This document shows, piece by piece, positions 43,006 through 52,053 of a stretch of 53,765 nt of DNA. The notes under the pieces are model-generated. The model worked only from the letters and a program-made list of their open reading frames with translations, searched no databases and was not told the origin of the DNA. The DNA lies in IMG/VR virus record IMGVR_UViG_3300032046_000032, positions 1 through 53,765 of that record; one strand, given 5' to 3'. The DNA comes from a virus. Lineage: Duplodnaviria > Caudoviricetes. The translations under genes were made by a program, and so were the position numbers. The first letter of the stretch is position 1. Each line of letters starts with the position of its first letter.

Positions 43006-43743
43006 ATGACTAACCAAGTTGCACTTGTGAGGGGCGACGGCAGAGAATTTGCTATCGAACTTGTAGATACTGGCAGTGTCGACCCCGAAACGGGAAGGGA
43101 GATATACCGCATTGGGGCAGTATTGGGAGCGACACCCACGATAGATATTGGAGATGTCACCCTGCTTGCTGGAACAGCACTTGTTGGTAAAGTTGGAATA
43201 GATCAGGCGACTGCCAATGCAAATGAAGTGGTTGTTAAAACTATGGCTGCTCTGGTTGCAAGCGAGGTACATGTTGGCGCAATTGGTGGACATACTATCG
43301 CAGTTGCTTTTACACCAGTTCTTACCGTTGCCGGAGCATATATAGCCGGTGATTATGTTGGCACGTCAGGTACTACCACGGCAATTACAGCTGCACGGGT
43401 TAATGCTGGTTCAGGTTGGGTGATTTCTGCCCGCTTGATAGACTATGCTCTCCAATCTGCATCGCTGGAGTGTTGGTTGTTCAATGCGGCAATAACCCCA
43501 CCTGCGGACAACGCCGCTTGGACACTATCCGATGCAGATATGCTTAAGTTGGTTTGCGTTATTCCATTCAGTACCTATTATGCCAGCGTTCTCAACAGCA
43601 CAGCGGGAGGCGCGCCAGTGGCTCCGGCTGCTTTCGTCTGTCCCGCGAGCGTGAAAACCTTGTTCCCGTACCTTGTGACACGCGGTACACCGACATACGC
43701 ATCATTAGACCTGACCGTAATATTCAGCATTTCACAGGATTAA
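43006..43743 (+). CDS. Putative virion protein (block between portal and scaffold)
   Basis: 245 aa, A/G/T/V-rich; GGAGG RBS. Confidence 0.55.
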   Translation: MTNQVALVRGDGREFAIELVDTGSVDPETGREIYRIGAVLGATPTIDIGDVTLLAGTALVGKVGIDQATANANEVVVKTMAALVASEVHVGAIGGHTIAVAFTPVLTVAGAYIAGDYVGTSGTTTAITAARVNAGSGWVISARLIDYALQSASLECWLFNAAITPPADNAAWTLSDADMLKLVCVIPFSTYYASVLNSTAGGAPVAPAAFVCPASVKTLFPYLVTRGTPTYASLDLTVIFSISQD

Positions 43744-43744
43744 T

Positions 43745-45409
43745 ATGGTGAACGCTTCAAAGAAGCTGATACTGTTTGCTGCCAGCAAGATTCCTTGGCG
43801 CATCAAGGAGGATTTTTTTACACCTACCGCAGCCGGTGCGCTGAACGGGCGTAAAGCCACGCCTGGGCCTGGCATATGGGTTGGCACGGACACATACAGC
43901 AAAATATCCGTGATAGTGGAGACGGGGCTGGACTTTGCCACGGGCGAGGCACAATATGACGGCGGCTGGCTGGACCCGCAGGCGAGAAAAGCGGGGCGGA
44001 TGCTGCTTGCAAAAATCACACCATCTGAGACCACAAACGGACGACCCGCAGTTGGATGGGATACAAATGCTGCTGGGGCGATACGCGATAGACTTCGATT
44101 TCAAGATACTGGCATTTTGGATATAAGTGCAGACGGAGGAACGGTGTTCAATGTTGGCGTCTACACAGCCACACCATACTGGATACTGGCTATCATGCGG
44201 GCGACCGGCTTCGTCTGGTTCGTCAAAGGCGGCGTGTTCACCTACTGGACACGCCTGATGTCCACCGCGTTGGGGACGGCGGCAGGACTGCCAGCGATTA
44301 ATGCAGGAGGTACAGTAAGCGTTTTCGTTGCCCCCAAAATCCGTGTCCCCGACATCCTGTGGCTGCCCAGACCAATCATCAGTGACGGCTTCTCGCTCGC
44401 GGGCATAACGGACGGGCTAGGTCATGCCGAAGGCATAGCGACAGGTATCGGCGCAGGCGGGGGCAGGCGAGCGTGGTCTGGGGCGACATGGTCGGTTGCA
44501 GGCGGATATGCGCTGAACACGCCTACGCTGGGGGCGGACATGTTTGACGCGGGCGCGGGGACTTTCGAGAGCGGGACGTACGCGTGGACGGTTTATGGAA
44601 CGAACACCATCGCTAATGTATCTAATACTTTAGAGGTGACGTATGTGGATAATGCGGCTGGGGCGCATTTAGAATTTAGCAATGCAGAAGATTTAAACGC
44701 CAACCTGACTATTGGACGATGGTATGTCGTCCAATTTGATGCAAGCGTAAACGCGGGTTCTTCCGTTATATTCAGGTCAGAATCAACAGAACTCGGTTAT
44801 AACACAACAATCACTTCAACCACTCCTGTTACCGTAAAGCATACATGGTGCTGCACAAATACCACTCTCGCAGTTCTCAGAAATAACTCTATGGGCGCGG
44901 GCGAGAAAGCCTATTGGGACAACATCAGCATCAAGCAGATTGATCCCACCACCCTGCACCAGAACATCACGGCGGGCACAGCCAACGTTGCAGTGAGAGG
45001 GCAGTCGGTCGGCATGGCCAACCCAGCCACGCAGGTTGGGGTATCCGTCAGGCTGGCAACAGACAGAAGCAGCGGGCTGAACCTGTACTGGGACGGTGCG
45101 GGCAACATCAAGTTGGACGAGTTCACCGCCACTGTCACCTACTCCAACCTGATGAGCGTGGTAAAGGCGTGGGCAACTAATGACAGCGTGGAGTTGCAGG
45201 TACGCGGCACGGCTTATCGCTGCTACCACATCACGGCAGCGGGCGTGATTACGCTGCTTGGGTCGGGGACGTGTACGGTGAACGGCAGCCTGGGGACGGA
45301 CGTGGGGACGTTCAGCACGGATAGCGGCAATACGATAGATAATTTTACGTGCTATCCCACGGGCGATGAGAACCAGTACGGAAATGATCTGGACAGGTTT
45401 ATACAATGA
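43745..45409 (+). CDS. Putative virion protein with carbohydrate-binding-like beta domains
   Basis: 554 aa, G/T-rich; GTFESG...YWDNISIKQ pattern resembles CBM-like sandwiches. Confidence 0.55.
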   Translation: MVNASKKLILFAASKIPWRIKEDFFTPTAAGALNGRKATPGPGIWVGTDTYSKISVIVETGLDFATGEAQYDGGWLDPQARKAGRMLLAKITPSETTNGRPAVGWDTNAAGAIRDRLRFQDTGILDISADGGTVFNVGVYTATPYWILAIMRATGFVWFVKGGVFTYWTRLMSTALGTAAGLPAINAGGTVSVFVAPKIRVPDILWLPRPIISDGFSLAGITDGLGHAEGIATGIGAGGGRRAWSGATWSVAGGYALNTPTLGADMFDAGAGTFESGTYAWTVYGTNTIANVSNTLEVTYVDNAAGAHLEFSNAEDLNANLTIGRWYVVQFDASVNAGSSVIFRSESTELGYNTTITSTTPVTVKHTWCCTNTTLAVLRNNSMGAGEKAYWDNISIKQIDPTTLHQNITAGTANVAVRGQSVGMANPATQVGVSVRLATDRSSGLNLYWDGAGNIKLDEFTATVTYSNLMSVVKAWATNDSVELQVRGTAYRCYHITAAGVITLLGSGTCTVNGSLGTDVGTFSTDSGNTIDNFTCYPTGDENQYGNDLDRFIQ

Positions 45410-45822
45410 AAGGAAACTTCTTAACTACTTGGGCGAATGGCACTCCTGATTTACCCCAGATGGTTTCTGAAACCGGCGGGTTGCAACTATGCTACGTGGA
45501 GCAGGGTGAGCGCAAGGGCGGGTTCACGTGCGTGTCTGCGGCTTGCGCCAAGACGGTGATTGTGCAGGTGGACGCATCTGAGGCGACCATCGCGGCGATG
45601 AAGGCGGATGCCAGGTATCTGCTGGTGGATGACCTGACTGATGTGTCAAAGGCGATCAGCCTGGCCGGTCAAACAGCAATCAAGAATTGGTTGACTGCTA
45701 AAGGGATTTCCTCAACAGTTGCAAGCAAACTGAATTTATCTACAACCAAAGATGCAATCATATCCGTCTACAAGCTGCATAAATTGACCGAGGAACAGTA
45801 TCGGAGCGGAGGATTGGGATGA
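45406..45822 (+). CDS. Hypothetical protein
   Basis: 138 aa; ATGA overlap with the previous gene. Confidence 0.6.
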   Translation: MKGNFLTTWANGTPDLPQMVSETGGLQLCYVEQGERKGGFTCVSAACAKTVIVQVDASEATIAAMKADARYLLVDDLTDVSKAISLAGQTAIKNWLTAKGISSTVASKLNLSTTKDAIISVYKLHKLTEEQYRSGGLG

Positions 45823-45933
45823 AATTTGACTTGAATAACCACTTCATAGACACAACACGTGTTGAAGAAGCAATACCAAAACCACCCGCCACGAAGGTGG
45901 GGACTCCCAGCGAGAAGCTGAAAGGACAATAAC

Positions 45934-46632
45934 ATGGCTACACCTGCACTAACACCTGAAGAAATTGCAGCAGCTCAAGCTACAGCTGTAGCAGCTGCCG
46001 CTGCGGCTAAGAAAGCCACAGATGACGCTGCTGCCGCCGATGCTGCTTTAGCAGCAGCGGAAGAAGAGATTCCCGAAGACGAGATCCCGGAGTTTTTGGC
46101 ATCAGCTTCAGCTGACGTCAAGAAGGCGTATCTCGCGCATAACAAGGGACTGCTGTCAGCTCTTCACAAGGAACGCGATTTCCACAAGACGCATAAGGAT
46201 TCCGCGAAGAAAGTCGCTGTGTTCGAAGCTGCTGAAGCTGCTCGCAAGACAGCGGAGATGAGCGACGCGGAAAAGCTCAAAGTAGCTAAGGAAACTGCCG
46301 AGAGCAAGGCCTTGAAGCTCGAAGACGAGCTGCAAGCCGAACGTATCAAAAACGCCGTACTGGCCGTGGCTGCGAAGATGCCCTTCGCTGACCCGCAAGA
46401 TGCCTACACTTTTGTTGACCCTGACGAGTTGGAGATCGACGACAAAGGGGTGGTAGTAGTATCAAGTGTAGAAGAGGCACTCAAGGCGTTGCTGAAAGCA
46501 AAACCCTACTTGGCTGGGGAGCCCGAACCTGGGCGCTTCAACCTCAACGCGGGCGACAAAGGGAAGCTCCCTAAAGGAGCAACCCAGGAAGAAATAATCA
46601 AGAAGAAACGCGTCCGCTACCATCCACTCTAA
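45934..46632 (+). CDS. Capsid scaffolding protein
   Basis: A/E/K-rich coiled coil; ALHKER and LLKAKPYL motifs; upstream of capsid genes. Confidence 0.8.
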   Translation: MATPALTPEEIAAAQATAVAAAAAAKKATDDAAAADAALAAAEEEIPEDEIPEFLASASADVKKAYLAHNKGLLSALHKERDFHKTHKDSAKKVAVFEAAEAARKTAEMSDAEKLKVAKETAESKALKLEDELQAERIKNAVLAVAAKMPFADPQDAYTFVDPDELEIDDKGVVVVSSVEEALKALLKAKPYLAGEPEPGRFNLNAGDKGKLPKGATQEEIIKKKRVRYHPL

Positions 46633-46644
46633 AAGGAGTATAGT

Positions 46645-47547
46645 ATGACTCTAATTGCTCGTAGTCTCCTCGCCAGTCTCGATATCAACCAGCAGCACCA
46701 AGCTGTGGCTGGTCTCATCGCTGGCGCCGCCTTGGACGTCTGCGCTCCGTGCTACATCAAGAGCTCCGACGGCAAGGTATACATGTCTGACGCTACCGCC
46801 GCGAACGAAGCTGCAGAAGTTGTCGGCTTCACGCCACGTGCTGTACCCATCGGACAACCTGTCACGTTATTCGGGCCTGGTTCCAGGTTCAAGTACAGTG
46901 ACAGCTTACTCACCCCAGGTGATAAGTACTACCTGGGTGCAACCGCAGGTAGGCTGGACGCTGCTCCAACAACTGGCGATGCGTTCGGTTACGCCCAAGC
47001 ATTAACCCCGGAAGACATCGTGATCTTCCGCGTCTTCCACGGCTTGACTAGTGCAACCGTCGGCGATGGCACGATCACTGCAGCCAAGCTGGCCGCTGAT
47101 GCAGTAGAGACTGCAAAGATCCTAAACGTCAACGTCACACAGGCCAAGATCGAAGTAGGCGCTGCAGGTGCAGGGCTTACAGGCCTCGTCGCGAAATTCG
47201 TTGCTAGCGGCAACGTCATCGGCGGCATCCCGGTCATTCACCACATCCTCATGGTTGCGGGCGCTAATGGCAACACCGACATCACACTGACCCACAAGAC
47301 GCGCATCATCGGCGTTTGGGTGCATCCTCGTACGAGTGTTGCATCTGCTGTGGTGACTGTGAAGAACGTCGCCGACGCCCTCACTGATGCGATTGTCGCT
47401 GCCGTTGCAGGCGTCATAAACCCCGCTGCATCACTTGCTGTAGCTTACGATACCATCGCCGCAGGTACAGTCCTTCGTGCTACCGGTTCTGGTGGCATTA
47501 CTCAGCCTGACTGTGATGTTTACGTTCTAGGAATGAGGGTAGCATAA
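46645..47547 (+). CDS. Head decoration / head fibre protein
   Basis: N-terminal decoration-like domain, GTITAAKLAADAVETAKI shaft-like repeat and C-terminal beta domain; between scaffold and major capsid genes. Confidence 0.6.
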   Translation: MTLIARSLLASLDINQQHQAVAGLIAGAALDVCAPCYIKSSDGKVYMSDATAANEAAEVVGFTPRAVPIGQPVTLFGPGSRFKYSDSLLTPGDKYYLGATAGRLDAAPTTGDAFGYAQALTPEDIVIFRVFHGLTSATVGDGTITAAKLAADAVETAKILNVNVTQAKIEVGAAGAGLTGLVAKFVASGNVIGGIPVIHHILMVAGANGNTDITLTHKTRIIGVWVHPRTSVASAVVTVKNVADALTDAIVAAVAGVINPAASLAVAYDTIAAGTVLRATGSGGITQPDCDVYVLGMRVA

Positions 47548-48605
47548 TGCCACTACAAACTGGTACCCACGATATCAATGATCTGTTAGCCGCTCGTTTT
47601 GCGAGCGCCGTTGAGTTCGGCCTGGATACGATCGAGAAGGTTCTCCTGGCTGACATTGCCGCACACAACACCATCGTCGCCGAGATGGCTGGCGAAATGT
47701 GCGAGTTTACTACCGACCGCCAACGCCTCTATGGCACGTCCGTCGGTGGCGACATGGTTGAAGTGGATGAGTATGGCTTGGCGCCAACTCAACGCGCACA
47801 GCCAGGTGCTACCGTTGGCTTCCCGCTACGGTTGTTCCAGTACAACGTTGGTTGGACGTACAAATGGCTACAGAACCACACACCTGCTGATATGGCAACG
47901 ATGGTTCTCGGCGCCCAATCGGCCCACTTCCGCAAGATTCAGGTCGAAATCAAGAAGTCCGTTTACGGGTCAGCGGCCTACACGTTCAACGATCACCTGG
48001 TGGATGGCGTTGCGCTAACCATCCGGCGCTTCCTGAACGCGGACTCCGTTCCAATCCCGAACGGCCCGAATGGTGAGGTCTTCGACCCCACAACCCACAC
48101 GCACTTTGATGCCAATGCGTCTCTGACTGCAGCGGTTGCCTTAGCTTGCATCAACGACGTCATCGAGCACGGCCACGGCGGCGCGGTTAAGCTGGCAATC
48201 AGCAAGACTGACGAAGCGGCGTTCCGTCTATTGACAGGCTTCCAAGCCTATATCGACCCACGCATGATCTATCGCGTGACGGACACTCCTGGCGTATCTG
48301 TTGATATCTCACGGCTTGACAACCGTGCTATCGGTATCTTCGGCGGCGCCGAAGTGTGGGTAAAGTCCTGGGCAATCGCGAACTACCTGTTCGCATGGGA
48401 CGCCGAGTCGCCTATGAAGCCTCTGGCCTTCCGCCAGCGAGCTGCTACGGCTCTCCAAGGTCTGCAGATCATGGCTGAGAATAACGACTATCCGTTGTTC
48501 GCCAGGGTCATGGAAGCTGAGTTCGGCCTTGGTGTTTGGACCCGTACCAACGGTGCTCTGCTCTACTTCGCCGGTGGTACTTGGGCTGATCCTACTATCA
48601 CGTAA
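47547..48605 (+). CDS. Major capsid protein (HK97 fold inferred)
   Basis: 352 aa in canonical position; VDEYG..P, HTHF, AEFGLGVW patterns. Confidence 0.8.
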   Translation: MPLQTGTHDINDLLAARFASAVEFGLDTIEKVLLADIAAHNTIVAEMAGEMCEFTTDRQRLYGTSVGGDMVEVDEYGLAPTQRAQPGATVGFPLRLFQYNVGWTYKWLQNHTPADMATMVLGAQSAHFRKIQVEIKKSVYGSAAYTFNDHLVDGVALTIRRFLNADSVPIPNGPNGEVFDPTTHTHFDANASLTAAVALACINDVIEHGHGGAVKLAISKTDEAAFRLLTGFQAYIDPRMIYRVTDTPGVSVDISRLDNRAIGIFGGAEVWVKSWAIANYLFAWDAESPMKPLAFRQRAATALQGLQIMAENNDYPLFARVMEAEFGLGVWTRTNGALLYFAGGTWADPTIT

Positions 48606-48668
48606 GTTTCTTCTCCTCAGTAAGGGGAGCCTGGTCGGCAGGGCTAGGCTCCCCAAGGAGCAAGTAAA

Positions 48669-48794
48669 ATGCCGGCTGCACTCGAACGCAAACTCAAGAA
48701 AGCCGCAAGACGCAAGCATCTCAAAGGTAAAGCACGTAATCGCTATATTTACGGGACCCTCCGAAAGACCGGATGGCGTCCCAGAAGGAGATAA
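48669..48794 (+). CDS. Small highly basic 41-aa protein (not in ORF track)
   Basis: MPAALERKLKKAARRKHLKGKARNRYIYGTLRKTGWRPRRR; AAGGAG RBS. Confidence 0.7.
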   Translation: MPAALERKLKKAARRKHLKGKARNRYIYGTLRKTGWRPRRR

Positions 48795-48798
48795 TACT

Positions 48799-49005
48799 AT
48801 GGCAACTGCAAAGATCGCTGGTGGCCTATACATTGGTGTAGATGGCCAGTACCATGACGCTAACGGTAAGCCTATTCCGGACGAAGTCGTCCAGGCTGTC
48901 TTAGGCACAGTAGTACCTGCGTCGCCGACGGAAGAATCGACTGAAACCCCAGCCCCTGTGCTCCCTGAGGCTTCTACGCTGAAGGGCAAGGGCAAGGGCG
49001 GCTAA
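48799..49005 (+). CDS. Small head-associated hypothetical protein
   Basis: MATAKIAGGLYIGVDGQYHDANGKPI...; GAAGGAG RBS. Confidence 0.65.
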   Translation: MATAKIAGGLYIGVDGQYHDANGKPIPDEVVQAVLGTVVPASPTEESTETPAPVLPEASTLKGKGKGG

Positions 49006-49006
49006 C

Positions 49007-49465
49007 ATGGCTTACGGTACGTCTACAGGCGTTGCAGCCTTTGCACAGATGTGGACAGTTAGTGGTGTGTGGGTCGATCCTGCTGCAGGCCCCCCTGTTG
49101 TCACAGGTACGAATCCTACCTTGACCCAAGTAACATCATGGCTTGCTGAGATTTCGGCGATGATGGACTTGGCCTTGTCAAATGCAGGGTTCGTCGTACC
49201 TGTAACCGTATCAGCAGCCGTTGCAGCAATTACGCCTTACATCCAAGCTCTCGTCGCCGATCTATGCCACGCTGCAAACTCTTCAGGTAGATTCTTTACC
49301 GAGAGAATCATCGAGCGTGGCATGTCGCCAATGATAATTGTACAGCAGAACATCAACGGTTGGGTAGCTGATAACATGCAAGGCTTGATGAATTTAGGCG
49401 TACCATATGTAGGCACGGATCGACCCATAACTGCATTCTCGGTACCACCCAAAAGGCAGCTATAG
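49007..49465 (+). CDS. Head-tail adaptor protein
   Basis: MAYGT..GV...PTLTQV..W..EIS..MD..L pattern; position after the capsid genes. Confidence 0.65.
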   Translation: MAYGTSTGVAAFAQMWTVSGVWVDPAAGPPVVTGTNPTLTQVTSWLAEISAMMDLALSNAGFVVPVTVSAAVAAITPYIQALVADLCHAANSSGRFFTERIIERGMSPMIIVQQNINGWVADNMQGLMNLGVPYVGTDRPITAFSVPPKRQL

Positions 49466-49469
49466 TCCT

Positions 49470-49979
49470 ATGCCGCAAGTAACGCTTCGTATTAGAAGTA
49501 ACATACCAATAGTGCGCCAAGGGTTTGAGCGCTTACGTAAAGCTGTACCAGAGATTGGTAGGATGCGTTTGTTCAGCGCCGCAAAGGAGCTTGTACGTAG
49601 GATGAGTATACCTGGCAGAGCCCCGACATATCCGATCCGTTGGGATACCGCCAAGCAGCGTAGGTCCTTCTTCGCGTCAAAAGGTTTTGGCCATGGGGTA
49701 CCTGCGGTACGGACAGACAGGTACATAAGTGGTTGGTCCGTTGAGCGCCACACTGCCCACAGTTATACCGTTGTCAATAAGGTGCTACATGCTAGATTTG
49801 TTGGTGGTCTACTGACTCGAGACACGCAATCCCAGATCCATAAAGGCAGGTGGCCACTACTGCGCGACATGTTTGAGAGGGTTGTTGCTACACTGCCCGA
49901 GACAGTTTCAAGGCACTTGATAAAGTACATAGCCCGAGGCATGAAGAGCGTGCCCACGGAAAGCGAAAGTGGCGAATGA
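49470..49979 (+). CDS. Neck protein (HK97 gp10-like)
   Basis: Basic protein; VRTDRYISGW...NKVLHARFV...QSQIHKGRW. Confidence 0.6.
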   Translation: MPQVTLRIRSNIPIVRQGFERLRKAVPEIGRMRLFSAAKELVRRMSIPGRAPTYPIRWDTAKQRRSFFASKGFGHGVPAVRTDRYISGWSVERHTAHSYTVVNKVLHARFVGGLLTRDTQSQIHKGRWPLLRDMFERVVATLPETVSRHLIKYIARGMKSVPTESESGE

Positions 49980-50440
49980 CCGACTTTTATAGTGAATGCG
50001 AAACCGGACTAGTGACCTTACTAAGGTCACTAACAACGTACTTCGTGCATGACTGGCAGGTGTCCGATGATGATTCGGTTATCATGCGCGGTGGCGAGTA
50101 CTTTGCTATTGTCCGGCCGGGAGCCTTTCCGTATACTAGGCAAACAGAGCGGCTGTCGATTGTTAACTGGACAGTTGTGATGGATATTTGCGTAAGGTAC
50201 GTGGAGTACAAAGCGTCTTGGAACAAATTCAAAGCGTTCCGTTCAGCCATATTCAACCTGTTGATGGAGTACCCCACGCTTAATGGGACAGCAGGTGTTA
50301 TCAGTGCCGACTTGACTGGTAGCGAGCAGGCTCAATACCTAAAGTTCTCTGACGCACCTGACGCGAAGCCTAACTTTATCATTCAAACAGTTAGGGCAGT
50401 GATAGCGCAGTACATCCAATATTCAGCAGGTGAGTTCTAG
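49976..50440 (+). CDS. Tail terminator / completion protein
   Basis: 154 aa upstream of the major tail gene; YPTLNGT motif. Confidence 0.6.
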   Translation: MTDFYSECETGLVTLLRSLTTYFVHDWQVSDDDSVIMRGGEYFAIVRPGAFPYTRQTERLSIVNWTVVMDICVRYVEYKASWNKFKAFRSAIFNLLMEYPTLNGTAGVISADLTGSEQAQYLKFSDAPDAKPNFIIQTVRAVIAQYIQYSAGEF

Positions 50441-50455
50441 TAGGAAGGAGTTGTT

Positions 50456-50635
50456 ATGACAGACAAAGTGAAGTGCCCGATTTGCGGCGAAATGATTGAG
50501 TTCGTACCGCACCCTGACAAGCCTGGTAGACAAGTTGCGTACTGCACTTGCCGAGGAGAAGAGGTGGCTGTGGTTGAAACCGAAACCACCTCGTCCGCCA
50601 GGGCCTCGTTCAAAGAGAAGGAGAGTGTGAAATGA
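50456..50635 (+). CDS. Small zinc-ribbon protein, 59 aa (not in ORF track)
   Basis: MTDKVKCPICGE...YCTC; GAAGGAG RBS; ATGA overlap with the major tail gene. Confidence 0.65.
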   Translation: MTDKVKCPICGEMIEFVPHPDKPGRQVAYCTCRGEEVAVVETETTSSARASFKEKESVK

Positions 50636-51441
50636 CTGTTGTATCTGGTGAGCTGTATGCTGTTGGCGCCCGTCGTGCCATCTTGTTCGCGCTGAACGCT
50701 GCTGGGCTTCCATTGCCCACTGCGGCTGGCGCGACTGCGTACGAGGGCATCGAAGTCCTTGGTGTCAAGAACTTCGAGCTCGCTATCCCGGCTGTCCGCA
50801 AGATCACCCATAGTGGCAATGATCGTGTGATGGCCTACGACTTCCTACCCGCAATCGAAGGTGCTAGTGGGACGTTAACTGTTGCCGGACGTAGCTTATC
50901 CTTAGATGCTATGGTTGCCGGTGTCAAAGTAGTAACCTTGGCAGAGACAAAGCTCCTCGCGCAGATTACTGACCAGCAAGGCGCGGAACCTGACATAGCA
51001 CTGTTTATCGCCCAGCAGGCTAAAGATGCCTCGAGCCGCAGTCGTCGGTACCGCTACCAAATCGTTCCCAAGGGTGTCATCTCAGCAGTCCCACCTGGCA
51101 TGAACGAAAACCCAGCTGAGACGAAGTACGAGATCGTCATTAGTCCGACGACTAAGCACTTGTGGGGCTTGGCTTTCACAGTTGCTGCAGATGGTTGTCT
51201 AGAAGCTGGTGTGGTCGAAGGCATGGCAGAGGCGCGGCCTAACATTGTAGCTTGGTTGGGTAATAGCACCGTAACCGTGTTTAACTTCCCAACCGCCAAA
51301 CCTGCAGTGTCCGTTGGTAAGATTCACGCTACGTACAAGGATGGTGTGTTGGTTGTCCCAGACACCATTACTGTTACATCGCTTACGTTCACTACGCCTC
51401 CCGCTACTGGCTCCATCATCGTTACTATCTACGAGTATTAA
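50632..51441 (+). CDS. Major tail tube protein with C-terminal Ig-like extension
   Basis: 269 aa upstream of the chaperone and tape measure genes; LTFTTPPATGSIIVTIYEY terminus. Confidence 0.75.
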   Translation: MTVVSGELYAVGARRAILFALNAAGLPLPTAAGATAYEGIEVLGVKNFELAIPAVRKITHSGNDRVMAYDFLPAIEGASGTLTVAGRSLSLDAMVAGVKVVTLAETKLLAQITDQQGAEPDIALFIAQQAKDASSRSRRYRYQIVPKGVISAVPPGMNENPAETKYEIVISPTTKHLWGLAFTVAADGCLEAGVVEGMAEARPNIVAWLGNSTVTVFNFPTAKPAVSVGKIHATYKDGVLVVPDTITVTSLTFTTPPATGSIIVTIYEY

Positions 51442-51442
51442 C

Positions 51443-51802
51443 ATGGAGCTCAAACGTGAAGTTGTCGAGTTCCGAGATGGTACAGAGCTGACCGTAATAG
51501 AAGCTAACTGGGCTATCTCCATGCGGCTTCAGGAACTGGAAGCGCTGGCTGTGAAGAGCCCGCTTGAAGATGATGCACAGCAGACATTCAACTTGGTTAT
51601 ATATCCCAAGCTCGCAGCCTGCACCTCTGGTAAAGTTCCCAGTCTCCAAGAAGCACTTGAGATGCCTTCTACGGAGCTAGACAAGTGGTATTTCGCGGTC
51701 AAGCGTTTGAACCCTGACTGGTTCGTCGTACTGGAGCGAGCTTCGAAAGAAGCAGTCACGAAAAAAAAAGGGAAGAAGCCGATAGAATCTACGAAAGACT
51801 AA
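51443..51802 (+). CDS. Tail assembly chaperone (lambda gpG-like)
   Basis: Between major tail and tape measure genes; contains an A9 slippery run near its 3' end. Confidence 0.75.
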   Translation: MELKREVVEFRDGTELTVIEANWAISMRLQELEALAVKSPLEDDAQQTFNLVIYPKLAACTSGKVPSLQEALEMPSTELDKWYFAVKRLNPDWFVVLERASKEAVTKKKGKKPIESTKD

Positions 51803-52053
51803 TATCGGCATTTGGGAGCGACGGCACTGGTGACTTGCCTGATTACCTCGACCTGTCGGAAGAGGAAATTAACAAGTACTGGGGACAGTGGCTTTTGTGG
51901 CGAGCAACTGGTAGACGTCTCGATTTCGACGCCGCGCAGAAGGTGCCTGCTAGAATGCTACACGTGATTATGCTGCTCGACGACTTGTATGCACGACTTG
52001 AGATTCAACATGACAAAAATAAGGCCACAGGTGACATAAATGGCATGGGCTGA
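51760..52053 (+). CDS. -1 frame extension of the tail chaperone (gpGT-like)
   Basis: The -1 frame is open from the A9 run (51761-51769) to TGA 52053: REEADRIYERLISAFG... Confidence 0.7.
   Translation, partial: EKKREEADRIYERLISAFGSDGTGDLPDYLDLSEEEINKYWGQWLLWRATGRRLDFDAAQKVPARMLHVIMLLDDLYARLEIQHDKNKATGDINGMG

Noticed and set aside
48309-48995. Long antisense or alternative-frame ORFs (e.g. 48309-48995, 18788-19495, 44816-45406, 52666-53109)
   Set aside because: They are shadows of well-supported genes on the other strand, with no RBS or recognisable motifs.
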